A stretch of 64,000 nucleotides of DNA, taken from Eledone cirrhosa. Taxonomy: Eukaryota. How positions within the stretch are numbered: position 1 is the stretch's first letter; each line of letters begins with the position of its first letter. A program made the position numbers and the translations under genes. Positions 52,499 to 64,000 of the stretch are shown piece after piece. The notes beneath the pieces were generated by a model that was not told the origin of the DNA, made no database searches, and saw only the letters and a list, made by a program, of their open reading frames with translations. The DNA is taken from NCBI GenBank assembly GCA_964016885.1, contig OZ024741.1, positions 141,670,001 to 141,734,000 on the forward strand, given 5' to 3'.

Positions 52499-54336
52499 TC
52501 TTTGAGACTCAGTCATTGATGTTATTTAACTGGAAAGTTTGTTGAAATGAAAATCAAGCCACTACCTGCAGCCTCAGATATTCAGGACGTATCGGAGGGT
52601 TCTTGCTGTCCCCAGCAAGCATGCCTTTTGAAGCGTTCCAAAAGGCGGGGCGGGACCAATTTTCTTTAACCATCCTTGGAAACTCTTTGAGATAGTCCCT
52701 AGTGCGCCTATGACATTCAGGACCACTTTGACCTCATGGCAGTTCCAAATCCTTTTTACCTCCCACTTTAATTCCTGGTTTCGGTTAATTTTCTCCGTCT
52801 CCTTCTCTTGCACTCTCGTGTCGAATGGGCAGGCTACATCCACAATCAGGCACGATCTTTTTCCCTTGTCCAAAACCACCAGGTCAGGTCTATTGTGTTC
52901 CAGTTTCTTGTCCGTCTGTATCCTAAAATCCCACAGCACCTTCACCTGATCGTTTTCCATCACCGGCTCTGGCTTATGCTGATACCACTTCTCAGAATGT
53001 AGTAAATTGTTTACTTTGCATAGGTGCCAGTGGATCACCCTGCCCATAACATCATATCTCCAGCCTTTATAGTGAGTATGGGCTAGGTGTTTACACTCGG
53101 ATACAATGTGAGCCACAGTCTCCTCTCTCTCTCTCCACAGATCGTACACAGTGGGCTAGCCTCCTCCTTGTAAATATGGTGTTTCAACCACTTCGTTTTG
53201 AGGGCCTGCTCTTAGCAGCCATTAGCATTCCTTCTGTAGCCTTTATAAGGTCTCCTCTTTTCAATCAGTTCCATGTCTGTGGATCTCTAAATTCAGTTTT
53301 CTCAAAGAAGGCACTATGAAGGGATTTTTCCTGAAGGTTGCTCTTTCTCCTTGTTGTTATTTCCTCCCTGGACATCCCCTGGTCTATTGTCCTCTCCTTC
53401 AGTACAATTCTGAGCATTGGCTCCCTACTATCAGTCACGTATTTGTGTAGGTTGTTTTTCTCCATCTGAACACAGTCCTGTAAGCTGATAAGACCTCTTC
53501 CATCTTCAGATCTCCTTAAGTAGAGTCTATCGACATCACTCCTTTTGTGGAACATGTTGTAGATAGTCAATAGCTTCCTAGTCTTCCTATCCATTTCTTT
53601 TTGTTCAGCAACATTCCATTTCAGAATTCCCACACTGTACCTAATAATAGACACAGCTCGGGAATTTACTGCACTTATGGCATTCCTACTGTTCAGATGT
53701 GACTTTAATACGCTCCTTACTCTCCGAATGTATTCAGATCTTATCAATTCCTTCATTTTTTTTGTTCTTGATGTCATCAGCCTCCAGAACACCTAAATAT
53801 GTGTATCCTTCTTCAGCATCAATTTCCTTTATCATCTCACCTGTTGGTACCTGGATTCCGTTGCTTCTGCTCAATTTACCCCTCTTCATCACAAGGACTC
53901 CACACTTACTAATACCAAATTGCATACATATATCATTGCTGAAAATACGAACAGTGTCAACAAGCACATCCAACTCCTTCTCACTCTCCCGAAGAGCTTA
54001 AGATCGTCCATGAAGAGGAGGTGATTGATGGTAAGCCCTCCCTTTCCCAACCTGTATACTGCTCTCACTTTTTGCAGTACAATAGTCAGGGGGATCAGGG
54101 CAAGGACAAACAACAGAGGGGACAAACTATCTCCCTGGAAGATACCTCTCTTGATCCTCACACCTCCCAAGGATTCTCCGCCCGATGTTAACTCTGTTTT
54201 CCAGGACTTCATACTTTTTCTGAACAACTGTCTGATGTTATCTGTCACCCTGAAGATCTCTAGGCTTTTCGTTATCCAAGAATGAGGTACCATGTCGAAT
54301 GCCTTTTTGTAGTCTATCCATCCTATGGCAAGACCA
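52499..54336 (-). mobile_element. R4/Dong LINE, 5'-truncated copy
   Basis: Highly similar to 12041-13880 (RT C-terminal part, CCHC remnant, NRPDL..DVACPFD). (TTA)n on both sides. Confidence 0.9.
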
Positions 54337-54342
54337 ATTATT

Positions 54343-54480
54343 ATTCAAATCCCGCCGAGGTTAACTTTGCCTTTCATCCTTCCGGGGTCGATAGAATAAA
54401 GTACCAGTAATGCACTGGGTAATTGCTGGCCTTGTGCCAAAAGTAGAAATAATTATTATTATTATTATTATTATTATTAT
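54343..54480 (+). mobile_element. tRNA-derived SINE, 3' part
   Basis: B-box remnant, core, (ATT)n tail. Confidence 0.8.
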
Positions 54481-55452
54481 AACTGCATAATCTGTATAAT
54501 ATTAAAGATAGTATTTGTGTGCATTTTTTGTGTGTATTGTGTATATGTGGGTTAAGTGTATATCTTTATAAATCATCAAAAGTAATAGGATAGATATATG
54601 ACTAAACTAAAACTAAACTGGTATACAAAAGATTAATGGTTTGAATATCGTCAGTGTATCAGTTGTTAGAGTTTAATCTGAAATAATATTTTAATTTCAG
54701 TATCTACCTCGCCAGTTTAGCAATATATCTCCCGAAGATATCTGATTTTCCACGATAAATAATAGTTAGTTATGTGTAAATATTTCAACAAATCTTGGTG
54801 TGAATTTACCAAAAGATATTTCGCTAGACGATATGTTAGGTGTCAAATTAATTTTCTAAGAAATATATCTTATATTAATTAAAGAAGGTGTGACATATAT
54901 TATGCAATAATAGAAATATTACAAAATAAGTTAACTTCTTGTTATAGATAGTAAATGTCACAGCACGTTACATAAATATCGGGTTAAGAAACAGCAATAA
55001 ACTAAAAAGGATAAAGAAGAGAATATGATGAATGAAAAGATAATGATATACTGAAATGTTTATTCAAAAGGAAAAGGTATATCTGTGTGGCTGAGAAGTT
55101 TGCTTTGTATCCACGGACTTCTGGGTTTAATAATAGTTGCGGGATACCTCATATAAGTGCCTTGAGTTGAACTTGTGTGTAGAATTTGGTAGAAGGAAAC
55201 TGCAGAAGTCCGTCTCGAATATGTGTGTGTGTGTGCCTATGTATGTGAGGCTATGTTTACATGTGTGTCTCTATTAATGTATCGTAATATAGTGGTTTCA
55301 CAAAAAAGGGATCGATGAAATAACTATTATGGTCGATATGGTCGACTAAATCAAGGCAGTGCTCCAGCATGGCCAGTCTGGTGACTGAAAGCAATAAAAT
55401 AATAATAAAGGCGTTCGCAACTTGAAATCACTTTTAATATTAATATTTCGAA

Positions 55453-55680
55453 GGGCGGTGGATTGACAGTATCGGTAGAGAGTCGGACGCCATGCTTTGC
55501 AGCAAAGGGTTACGGCCCTTTATGATCTGAGTTCAAATCCCGCCGAGGTTAACTTTGCCTTTCATCCTCACGGGGTCGATAAAATAAAGTACCAGTCACG
55601 CACTGGGGTCGATTTAATCGACTTTCCCCTCCCCCAAAATCACTGGCCTTCAGCCTATATAAGAAACCAATATTAATATT
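55453..55680 (+). mobile_element. tRNA-derived SINE, full length
   Basis: A/B boxes and core; AATATTAATATTTCGAA-like flanks on both sides suggest a TSD. Confidence 0.85.
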
Positions 55681-57099
55681 TCGAAAATGTGTTGAAATTC
55701 TTTTCCCATGGAACCCTGCTACAATTACTCCCCTTTCAGATTGTTAACCATAATAATAACTATCAAAAGTGATAAATGTTTTTAAAAGAATAGATAACCA
55801 ATAGTACTTGAAACTTTGTTCACGGATCCCAGTAGTACCTTTGAGGATCCCAAGTATCTGTGAACACTAAATTGGGAACAATTGTTCTATATTAGAGAGA
55901 AATTACATCCGACAGTTTGCTGGTTATATGTCGGCTACACATCAATTCAAAACAGCACAGCTGATGAAGAGTAAGGACAGAGAGAAACTACAGAAATGCA
56001 ACATAACAAAATGAAATGCTCGAACCAAATAACACTAGGGACAAGAGATATTCGCTAAACCGCAGAGAACCTGACTAAATAAAAACGGCAACGGTCCTTT
56101 TACCAAAACAAAACAGTCTGCCCGGCCCCAAACGAATTTAGTAAGAACTTAATAAAATAGAAATATAACACCAACAGAGGGAATATGGGCAGCGAATTAA
56201 TCCTCATGTATGAGATTAGACAGAACAGTGAACGCAATACGTGAACTATTGTGGGAGAAGTACTAATATTGCATAAAAACAACAGGGGAAGGCACCAAGA
56301 CATGAGATTCCAGCATTCTAGTTAAAATATTTAACAGGGATACTTAAGGTACGAATGAGATACTGATGGAGCTGTAGGCAAACCTTCAATAATATTATTG
56401 AATAAACACCTGGAAAAAATCACGTGTATTAAATGGTAACACAGATAACATTTGAACGTTCTATATACACTTGCGTGTGTCTGTCTGTAATGGAAACATA
56501 ATTCTGTAAACATATTCAATTTACGATCTCAGAAATAAATGTACTGAACACGAAAATTCATATAATTATTATCAATGATGATTTAGTGATATTTAAATGA
56601 AAGGATAATTAGGAATTTAAATCAAACGAACTAACGAGGGATTTTGTGTAGCTAAAATATTTCATGAGTGGGCTTTAATATGCTGCTATTCAGTTTGAAA
56701 TTAATATTCGTTTGATTGAATAATAACCAGATAATCTGAGGCTTTGATGCCAGTTGTCATTCAAACTAATTGAACAACCATTTATTCCTGGTGAGAGGAG
56801 TTTTGTGTTGATTGAGTCATACAATGTTCAACCTTTAATATTGCACAATTTTCATATAGAGGACTTCACCTTGTTAGCTATTTCATGTTCGTTGTTGGTA
56901 ACGACAATCATCATCCGCATAACGTAAACTTCTTATTACAAATATATCGTGTGGCCTAGTAGTTAGGTTGTTCGACTTACGATCATAAAGTGTTCTTAAG
57001 TGAGTCACTTAATTTCACATTGATTTTCATATGACTGGGTACCCTGTCTTTATAACATCCTAGAAAGCACTCTAAGAAATACACATATATATATATGTA

Positions 57100-57179
<80 letters not shown>

Positions 57180-57182
57180 TGT

Positions 57183-57238
<56 letters not shown>

Positions 57239-59129
57239 GACTGGGTACCCTATCATTATAACAGCCTAGAAACACTCTAAGACATACAACATTATAGGAG
57301 GCAAGCTAAAACTGCATAAGTGTGGGCTGTAAATTTCTTTATCACGATTAAAAAATATATATTCTTACATTTACTCTTCTATTCCTGTTAATTAAAGTTG
57401 TTTTTGATACAAAAAAAAAACTATTGATAGTAGATATTAGAAATAATAGTTAGAATTGTGACACCTTCCAAAATGAAAACGACTAGTTTTATTGTAACAC
57501 AACATTGCCAGTGATTATATAAATACACCAGCAATGATGATGACGATCATGATGATGATAGGGGGTGATTATGAAGACGATGGTGTATTTGTTCGTCACA
57601 AAGGCAGCGAAAAATAACCAGACATTTATGGGAACAGATTTAAAAGTGCAGGGATTTTCAATAATAAAATAGAATTATTCAAACGGTTTTTTTAATAACG
57701 ATTTTATGAGCAATATCAATTTTGCAGCAACTAAAATTATCTCTCAGAACAAAAAATTGTCTCTCAGAACAAACGGAGACATTTTAAAAATTAGAATTGC
57801 ATTTCAAACAAATGAAACCCCAGGATGTTTAACGATTCACTAATGTCATACACGCAATCGTCTACAACCTTTTAAAACTTAATTTATATTATTGTCACTT
57901 TGTTCAAGAACAAAACCTGCTATGTTATTCTCAAATATGTGAACCCTTGTGCAAGTTTCTTCTCTCCACTCAGCTAGAAACAAAATTAGGTGCGAGGATA
58001 CCGATGCCCAGCTGTATCAAATAACTGGAATATGCAGAATCTAACCCAGTGTTTCTAAACCTTGTACCACAACTCACTTCGATCTTCAAACAGAATGTGC
58101 ACACCACAAGGATTGGACAAATTATATATTATAATACCTAACCTAGTGTAAAGCATGGTGTATAGCATAGTATATAACATAGTATATACGCCATGTTCTT
58201 CTTCTTCTTTCGTATGACAATTGTTATTATTATTATTGTTGTTGTTTCTCCGACAAGTTCATGCAGATTTATGTTGCATCAACAGGTGCACCTTTATGTT
58301 CATTGGGAGTGTGTTGCACTGTGTCTTCTTTTTATTTTATTGTGTGGGGAGTATACACACCTCCTGTTATGTATTGGTGGTTGTGGTAGCAGTAGCAGTA
58401 GCGGCAGCAAAATCAGTGCACATTTTCGCAGCAATATAATCACTGGAATAGACAGTCTTCTCTTCAAGTGGATTATCCGTGGAGTTTTTGAATTCTATGC
58501 CAAAAAATATAAAACAAAATAAATATTTTTCTATTGATTTCTGTAACATTTCAGAAGACAGTTTCAGTTATTCCATTAAATATATGTCATATCAAATGTA
58601 GTGTTATCCAAAAGTCTGGTCAAAGATTCAGCTATAGGTATTTAGTCTTCATAACCCTGGATACATTATGACCAACCAGGCGGCATATTATTGACATAAA
58701 TGCCAAATCCTCTTAGGAAAGCAACATTGAGCGACATATCCATTCGATAGATATTCTGATAAATGATATGTCAGCTTAATCCTCCATATTACAGTTCCAG
58801 CCTTGGCAAGAAATCCGAATGAGTTCGACTGAAGTCAAAGTCAGAACAGAAATTTTAGATACTCGTAACTGTATATCAAAATATAAATATGGCCGAATCA
58901 ATATCAATGATGTATCATAGCATTAGACAAAATAGCTTTTATTTCTGATACTATGATCGACTTTGTGTTATTCCACTAAAATTCATTTACTTTGCTGCAT
59001 GCTTAAATAAATAGGTAAAATAAATACCTATATATTTAACGATGTATCGATATTGAATGTAAATAACATGTACAAATAGGCGGCGAATTCAAATTTTGCG
59101 CAGAACAACTTTGCCTTGCATCGGGCATT

Positions 59130-59330
59130 ACTGAGCGTTTCCCTTTTGTATCGGCCACCACCGTGAAGTCCGGATTCCTCGGTCCTCAGACTGCCGTTTT
59201 CCTCTACTAAATCAAGAGGGCATTATACATAAGGAACGAGCCCCGTGAGGTGGAATGGCTGATGCAGCTGGAATCGCTGGCTCTTGTCCACGGCAATGCT
59301 TTTGCAATCTTGTCCTCCATGGAATTGTTG
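59130..59330 (+). pseudogene. Degenerate C-terminus of a CRE-like RLE LINE
   Basis: TERFPFV..KSGFLGPQTAVFL..EPREVEWLMQLESLALVHGNAFAIL resembles the ET.G..G ... FL.QR.S.A.QRGNA..IL terminus. Confidence 0.6.
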
Positions 59331-60509
59331 CAGCAGCTGAGAAATATTGTCCAGCCAAGGTGTAGAATTGGAATAGGTGAGACAGCATGTATTGTTGGAT
59401 ATTCTCTTTGGCATTGTTTTTGCCATCTTGTCCACTGCAGAGCAAAGCATCTAGCTAAGTTTGTAGAGTTTTTCATTCCCCATTTCTCATTTTTTTTAAA
59501 TTTCGTTTTGTTTTTTTTTTGTATCACTGATGAAAATTGTATACTTACTATATATATTGTACCATCCATCACTCTATTGTGTATTTCTATTTTCTGTATT
59601 TTTGTTTGTCTAGCCACTTTATTCCGAAGATGCTACTACATTGTAAGAATTTGACGTTCATTACGTGAGGAATTACACTAAAGAAAAAGTAAAGTATTCT
59701 AACTGGACACAATGCCAATCATTCGCAGGTAAGCACATGCATATACACAAATACGCTCACATAAGCACAGTCATATATATATATATATATATATATATAA
59801 AGGATAGAGAGAAAGAAAATTTCAGTAGATGTGTGGAGAGATTACAGTTAAGTAAAGTACTCAATGCATTAAGGAAAAAAGGTACATAATTTATTTCAGA
59901 TGGGATGGGAAGTTTGATACTAAAAGACGCAATGTGACAACGCGAATCAAACTTGTGGCCTTATGATTATGAGTCGAACACTCTAACCACTAAGCTACGA
60001 GCCTTCAGAGTGAGTGTCTTAAAAAATGCAATCGTAAACCAAAGCGAATATAAGACACAGCTTTTTAAATGTAATTGAAAGCAATTCGTAACATTTGTTC
60101 ATGTTGCTGACAAAAACATGGATTTGACGTCATTTCATGCTCTACAGCTGTAAATCTTTAGGCATGTATGAAGTTAAAAAATGTTACATATTACGTGTTA
60201 TTACTTCGTTGTACATCCTTCATGACATTTTGAACACACAATCTTATTCAAAACACACCACTTTGATCGTAGTGCATTCGCATAATAGCAATTACCTTGG
60301 AAAACTTTTGGCGTGTTCGTTCTTCATGCTTCCGCAATCTGCATGTTTATGTTTTATATGAAATATACTTAATATCATTCCGAGAAACAACTAGCGAAGT
60401 TTACAGCAAAAATCAATAAACTCTTTCAAGTTGAAAACAATGATAATGGACATAGATTTTGTGAGAGAAACATATATCCTCACATTCTTCATACCACAAG
60501 ACAAGCTGT

Positions 60510-60852
60510 ATAATTTACTAAGTGTAATACGTGATAGAATATATGAAACTTAAAATATGAACTGAAATATATTCCAGATGGGTCACTGTAAAATCATATA
60601 TTTTGCATCATAATTTATCATTTTGAAAACTGCTTGAAAATAATTTATGATGGAATTATGGATATTTAAAATCTTCAAATCTAAATCTTAGTTTACATCT
60701 AGAGACATCTTAAAGACTGCGAGGTTTTCATTCTTCTATTACTTGATTACATCCTTCACCGAATAAATTACACACCCACACACACGCGTATGTATATACA
60801 TATATACATATATACATATATACATATATACATACACAGTTATATACATATA

Positions 60853-60944
<92 letters not shown>

Positions 60945-61009
60945 TATGCATGTATATATATGTATATAACTATGTATATAATTATGTATGTATATATGTA
61001 TATATATGT

Positions 61010-61069
<60 letters not shown>

Positions 61070-61490
61070 AAATGAAATTCCAATCATTTAATCACGACAC
61101 ATGTTTCAATAAGAGATAGATCGATTGTGAAGCCATGATCGATTATCACTGATCTCATCAGGTGAAAATGAATTGTCTTCAAATTCTTGATATGAGGGAG
61201 AAAAAATAACGATGTTCTCTCACAGAATTCATTCCCTCTGATTAGATCAGTGATAATCGATCATGGCTTCACAATCGATCTATCTCTTATTGAAACATGT
61301 GTCGTAATTAAATGATTGGAATTTTACCTTGCCTTCGGATTTTCATTTTGATACTTATACTCCTTTTTACATCATCTAGCTGTTCCCTCGAATGGAATTG
61401 GAGATATACAAAAGCGTGGAGAACTTAATTTTGCTAACATAAAGTTATTTGACCATTTTACACAACCAATAATGCACCTTACTATATAAC

Positions 61491-61531
<41 letters not shown>

Positions 61532-61800
61532 CGTGGGGGGGGGGGGCTGATTTATTCGGTGAAAGATGTAGTCAAGTAATAGAAGAATGAAAACCTCGCA
61601 GTCTTTAAGATGTCTCTAGATATAAACTAAGATTTAGATTTGAAGATTTTGAATATCCATAATTCCATCATAAATTATTTTAAAGCAGTTTTTAAATGAT
61701 AAAATATAACGCAAAATATATGATTTTACAGTGACCCGCCTAGAATATATTTCAGTTCATATTTTAAGTTTCATATATTCTATCAGGTATTACACTTAGT

Positions 61801-61806
<6 letters not shown>
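60510..61806. repeat. Nested inverted repeats (outer ~260-bp arms, inner HHR-bearing arms)
   Basis: 60510-60768 is the reverse complement of 61550-61806; 61075-61161 is the reverse complement of 61238-61325. Confidence 0.9.
61092..61165 (-). ncRNA. Type I hammerhead ribozyme (same family as 30167-30240)
   Basis: TCAC-CTGATGA..GAAACATGT-GTC-GTGA. The inverted plus-strand copy at 61238-61307 reads CTGATTA and lacks the stem I 5' arm. Confidence 0.85.
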
Positions 61807-61862
<56 letters not shown>

Positions 61863-62258
61863 AAATTAAGATAAATTAAATGAATTTACTCCAAATCAAA
61901 ATTATGGGTGTCATGCCAGAAAGACATGCGCCATATCACTCGGAAAATAATCTCTAAGATCCTAACGAGTAGGTCCGAGCATTTTATAATAACTAAAAAT
62001 TGATTAACATATAAATAAACATGAATAATCACAGGAGATAATTTTTACAAGTCTGTAACCACACATAGCTAGGTAGGTAACTAAATAAAGTTGACCAGAA
62101 CTTTAAAAATAGATACCTTATAATATGATTAATCTTCCCTGTATATATTCCATTAAAGAAATATATTTCACCAATTAATCGGAAGTGGAGACTTGGATTT
62201 TCAACAAGGAAGAAGTTCCAGCGATCCGTGTTTACACTTCAAGTTCAAATCTAGTTAT

Positions 62259-62291
<33 letters not shown>

Positions 62292-62930
62292 GGATACTAT
62301 TTATGGTTATGTGTATACTAAAAGTTTTTATAGTTATGTATATTTTAAACCCTAAACAGTGAAGATCAGTAATTTATTACTACCTTATTACCAGTAAGAT
62401 AAATAGCTCAATGTAATAACATCAGTTGTTCTACAGAGCAGTTATATAGAATTGACAAGAATCAAAGCTATGTTCAAAGCATTTATTCACTTACAATTGT
62501 TTCATCCAAACCTAGGCTTGAGGTCTTCGGAGCATTTTTCAATGTTTGTACACATAATTGACCTCCTTTCCAACGCAAGAGACATACAGATACATATATA
62601 TATATTGATGTACAGTGGAGTGACATATATATTATACTATATTATTTCTGTATAGCAATTCAAATTCAAAATCAAAATCAAAATTAAAATAAAAACAAAA
62701 TTAAAATAAAATTAAAATACATTCAGCAGTTAACACAGATAATGCAAGAGGATAGTTTGTTAGTCAGATGTAGTAGTTAGTGTATGCGTTAGTTACACGT
62801 GGGGCGTGCAAGTGTGTCTCATTTATATATGATTATTGTGCGGCAGGGTGTTACATGTAATACAAGCACTTTAAGCGGGTAAGTAAGAGTATTATGGTGG
62901 TTGTAGTGGTAAGGTATTTTTTGTATATAA

Positions 62931-62990
62931 TTGTTTCTACTTTAGGCACAAGGCCAGCAATTACCCAGTGCATTACTAGTACTTTATTTT
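62931..62990 (-). mobile_element. SINE tail fragment
   Basis: Reverse complement of the SINE 3' end. Confidence 0.65.
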
Positions 62991-64000
62991 TTGTATATAA
63001 TAAAAAAGTATGTATGTAGAAAAATAAAAATAAAAAGGAGAAGTAAAAGAAAGTTATGGTTTTCGTATCCAACACCATTTTCACATTCAGGAAAAGTAAA
63101 TATATTTTTTACATCCATCACATAAATAACGATGATTCCGTATTGGATGTTTGATGCATAAAATTAAATTAGTTTAGCTTATTGCGGCTCAGTATTATTT
63201 AATCCAAATTTATAGAATAGGTTGATTCTGCTGCGAGAATTTACAGCGGTTTATTATCCGGAAGTATGTGTGTAATTAAGGGGAGTTAATGCGTAAAGGG
63301 AGGTAACTAGCTGATTTCCATAACTAAATTAATTGTTCTAACATACATTATAAGGCGCCTCAATTGAGTCCCTTATATAGACGGTTATATATTTATATCC
63401 AGTTTCCAATTTTAAATACAGTCTACTCTATCATGATGTACTAAAGGTATCTATATTATGATGATTACTCCCTATCATACAGTACTACAACTGAATACTC
63501 CATACCAAGAGCCACATCTTTATATCAAAGTTCACTGAAAATGTAGTCTACTCTCAGAACATGTCAGGGGACCTATTAGAATTATGTCTACATAACGCCT
63601 GGTAAGTTCTGGAGCATCGTATGGCTGTTTGCATGGCAAAGCCAAATACATCTCTAGGGCAGACAAATAGATCCCTCATTTACAATGTCATTAATCTATC
63701 CATCAAGTTATACTTGCATATATAACTCACATACTATTCATACATAATTCATTGCACTCAACATATAAGTTAGACAAATCTCTTATGTTAATAAATTAAT
63801 CTTATATATATCCAATGTTATCACTCCATACATATAAATACAATTGCATATATAATTCATTGTTGAATCTGGTATTTAAAGCTAATATAGACTGTATTGT
63901 ATCGCTATATAATTATAAGTAATTGAAAGTAATTATACTAAAAGTCGATGTTTATGGGGATATTTCTAGGGTATAAAGTTATAGATAGATGGAATGATTT

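Noticed and set aside
55955-56000. CTGATGA...GAAAC hammerhead-like string
   Set aside because: No stem II or stem I pairing.
56080-56320. Very decayed LINE RT N-terminal remnant (LPGP.., ILHK..G)
   Set aside because: Too degenerate to call a clade or boundaries.
58193-58549. ORFs on both strands and a possible minus-strand terminal exon (tag|AATTCAAAAAC..)
   Set aside because: Low complexity, no recognisable domain, and no linked exons identified.
59256-59366. Short frame with SCPRQCFC resembling an LRR N-cap
   Set aside because: The overlapping frame is better explained as a CRE-like LINE C-terminus.

Overview
AT-rich, microsatellite-dense animal genomic DNA. The SINE families and (TA)n/(TG)n load resemble a coleoid cephalopod such as Octopus (inference). 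No intact host gene is evident, and nearly all ORF-track entries are microsatellite or antisense artefacts. The window is mostly decayed retroelements. It holds five Penelope-like element (PLE) remnants from about four lineages (RT + GIY-YIG, including Neptune-like and Naiad-like ones), two R4/Dong LINEs sitting in (TTA)n, RTE/CR1/CRE fragments, many tRNA-derived SINEs and three non-autonomous Helitrons. The strongest hidden signal is RNA-level. I read about 19 type I hammerhead ribozyme (HHR) motifs by eye on both strands; about 11 have an intact or compensated core. Most sit in ORF-less pLTR-like modules inserted in (TA)n with fold-back or inverted 5' ends. They include a 538-bp tandem retrozyme-like unit and a U3-A8 core variant. 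Two other items stand out: a 2.58-kb unclassified element with ~500-bp direct repeats and no TSD that splits a PLE GIY-YIG motif cleanly, and an in-frame TGA at a CxxC cysteine position of another PLE endonuclease.
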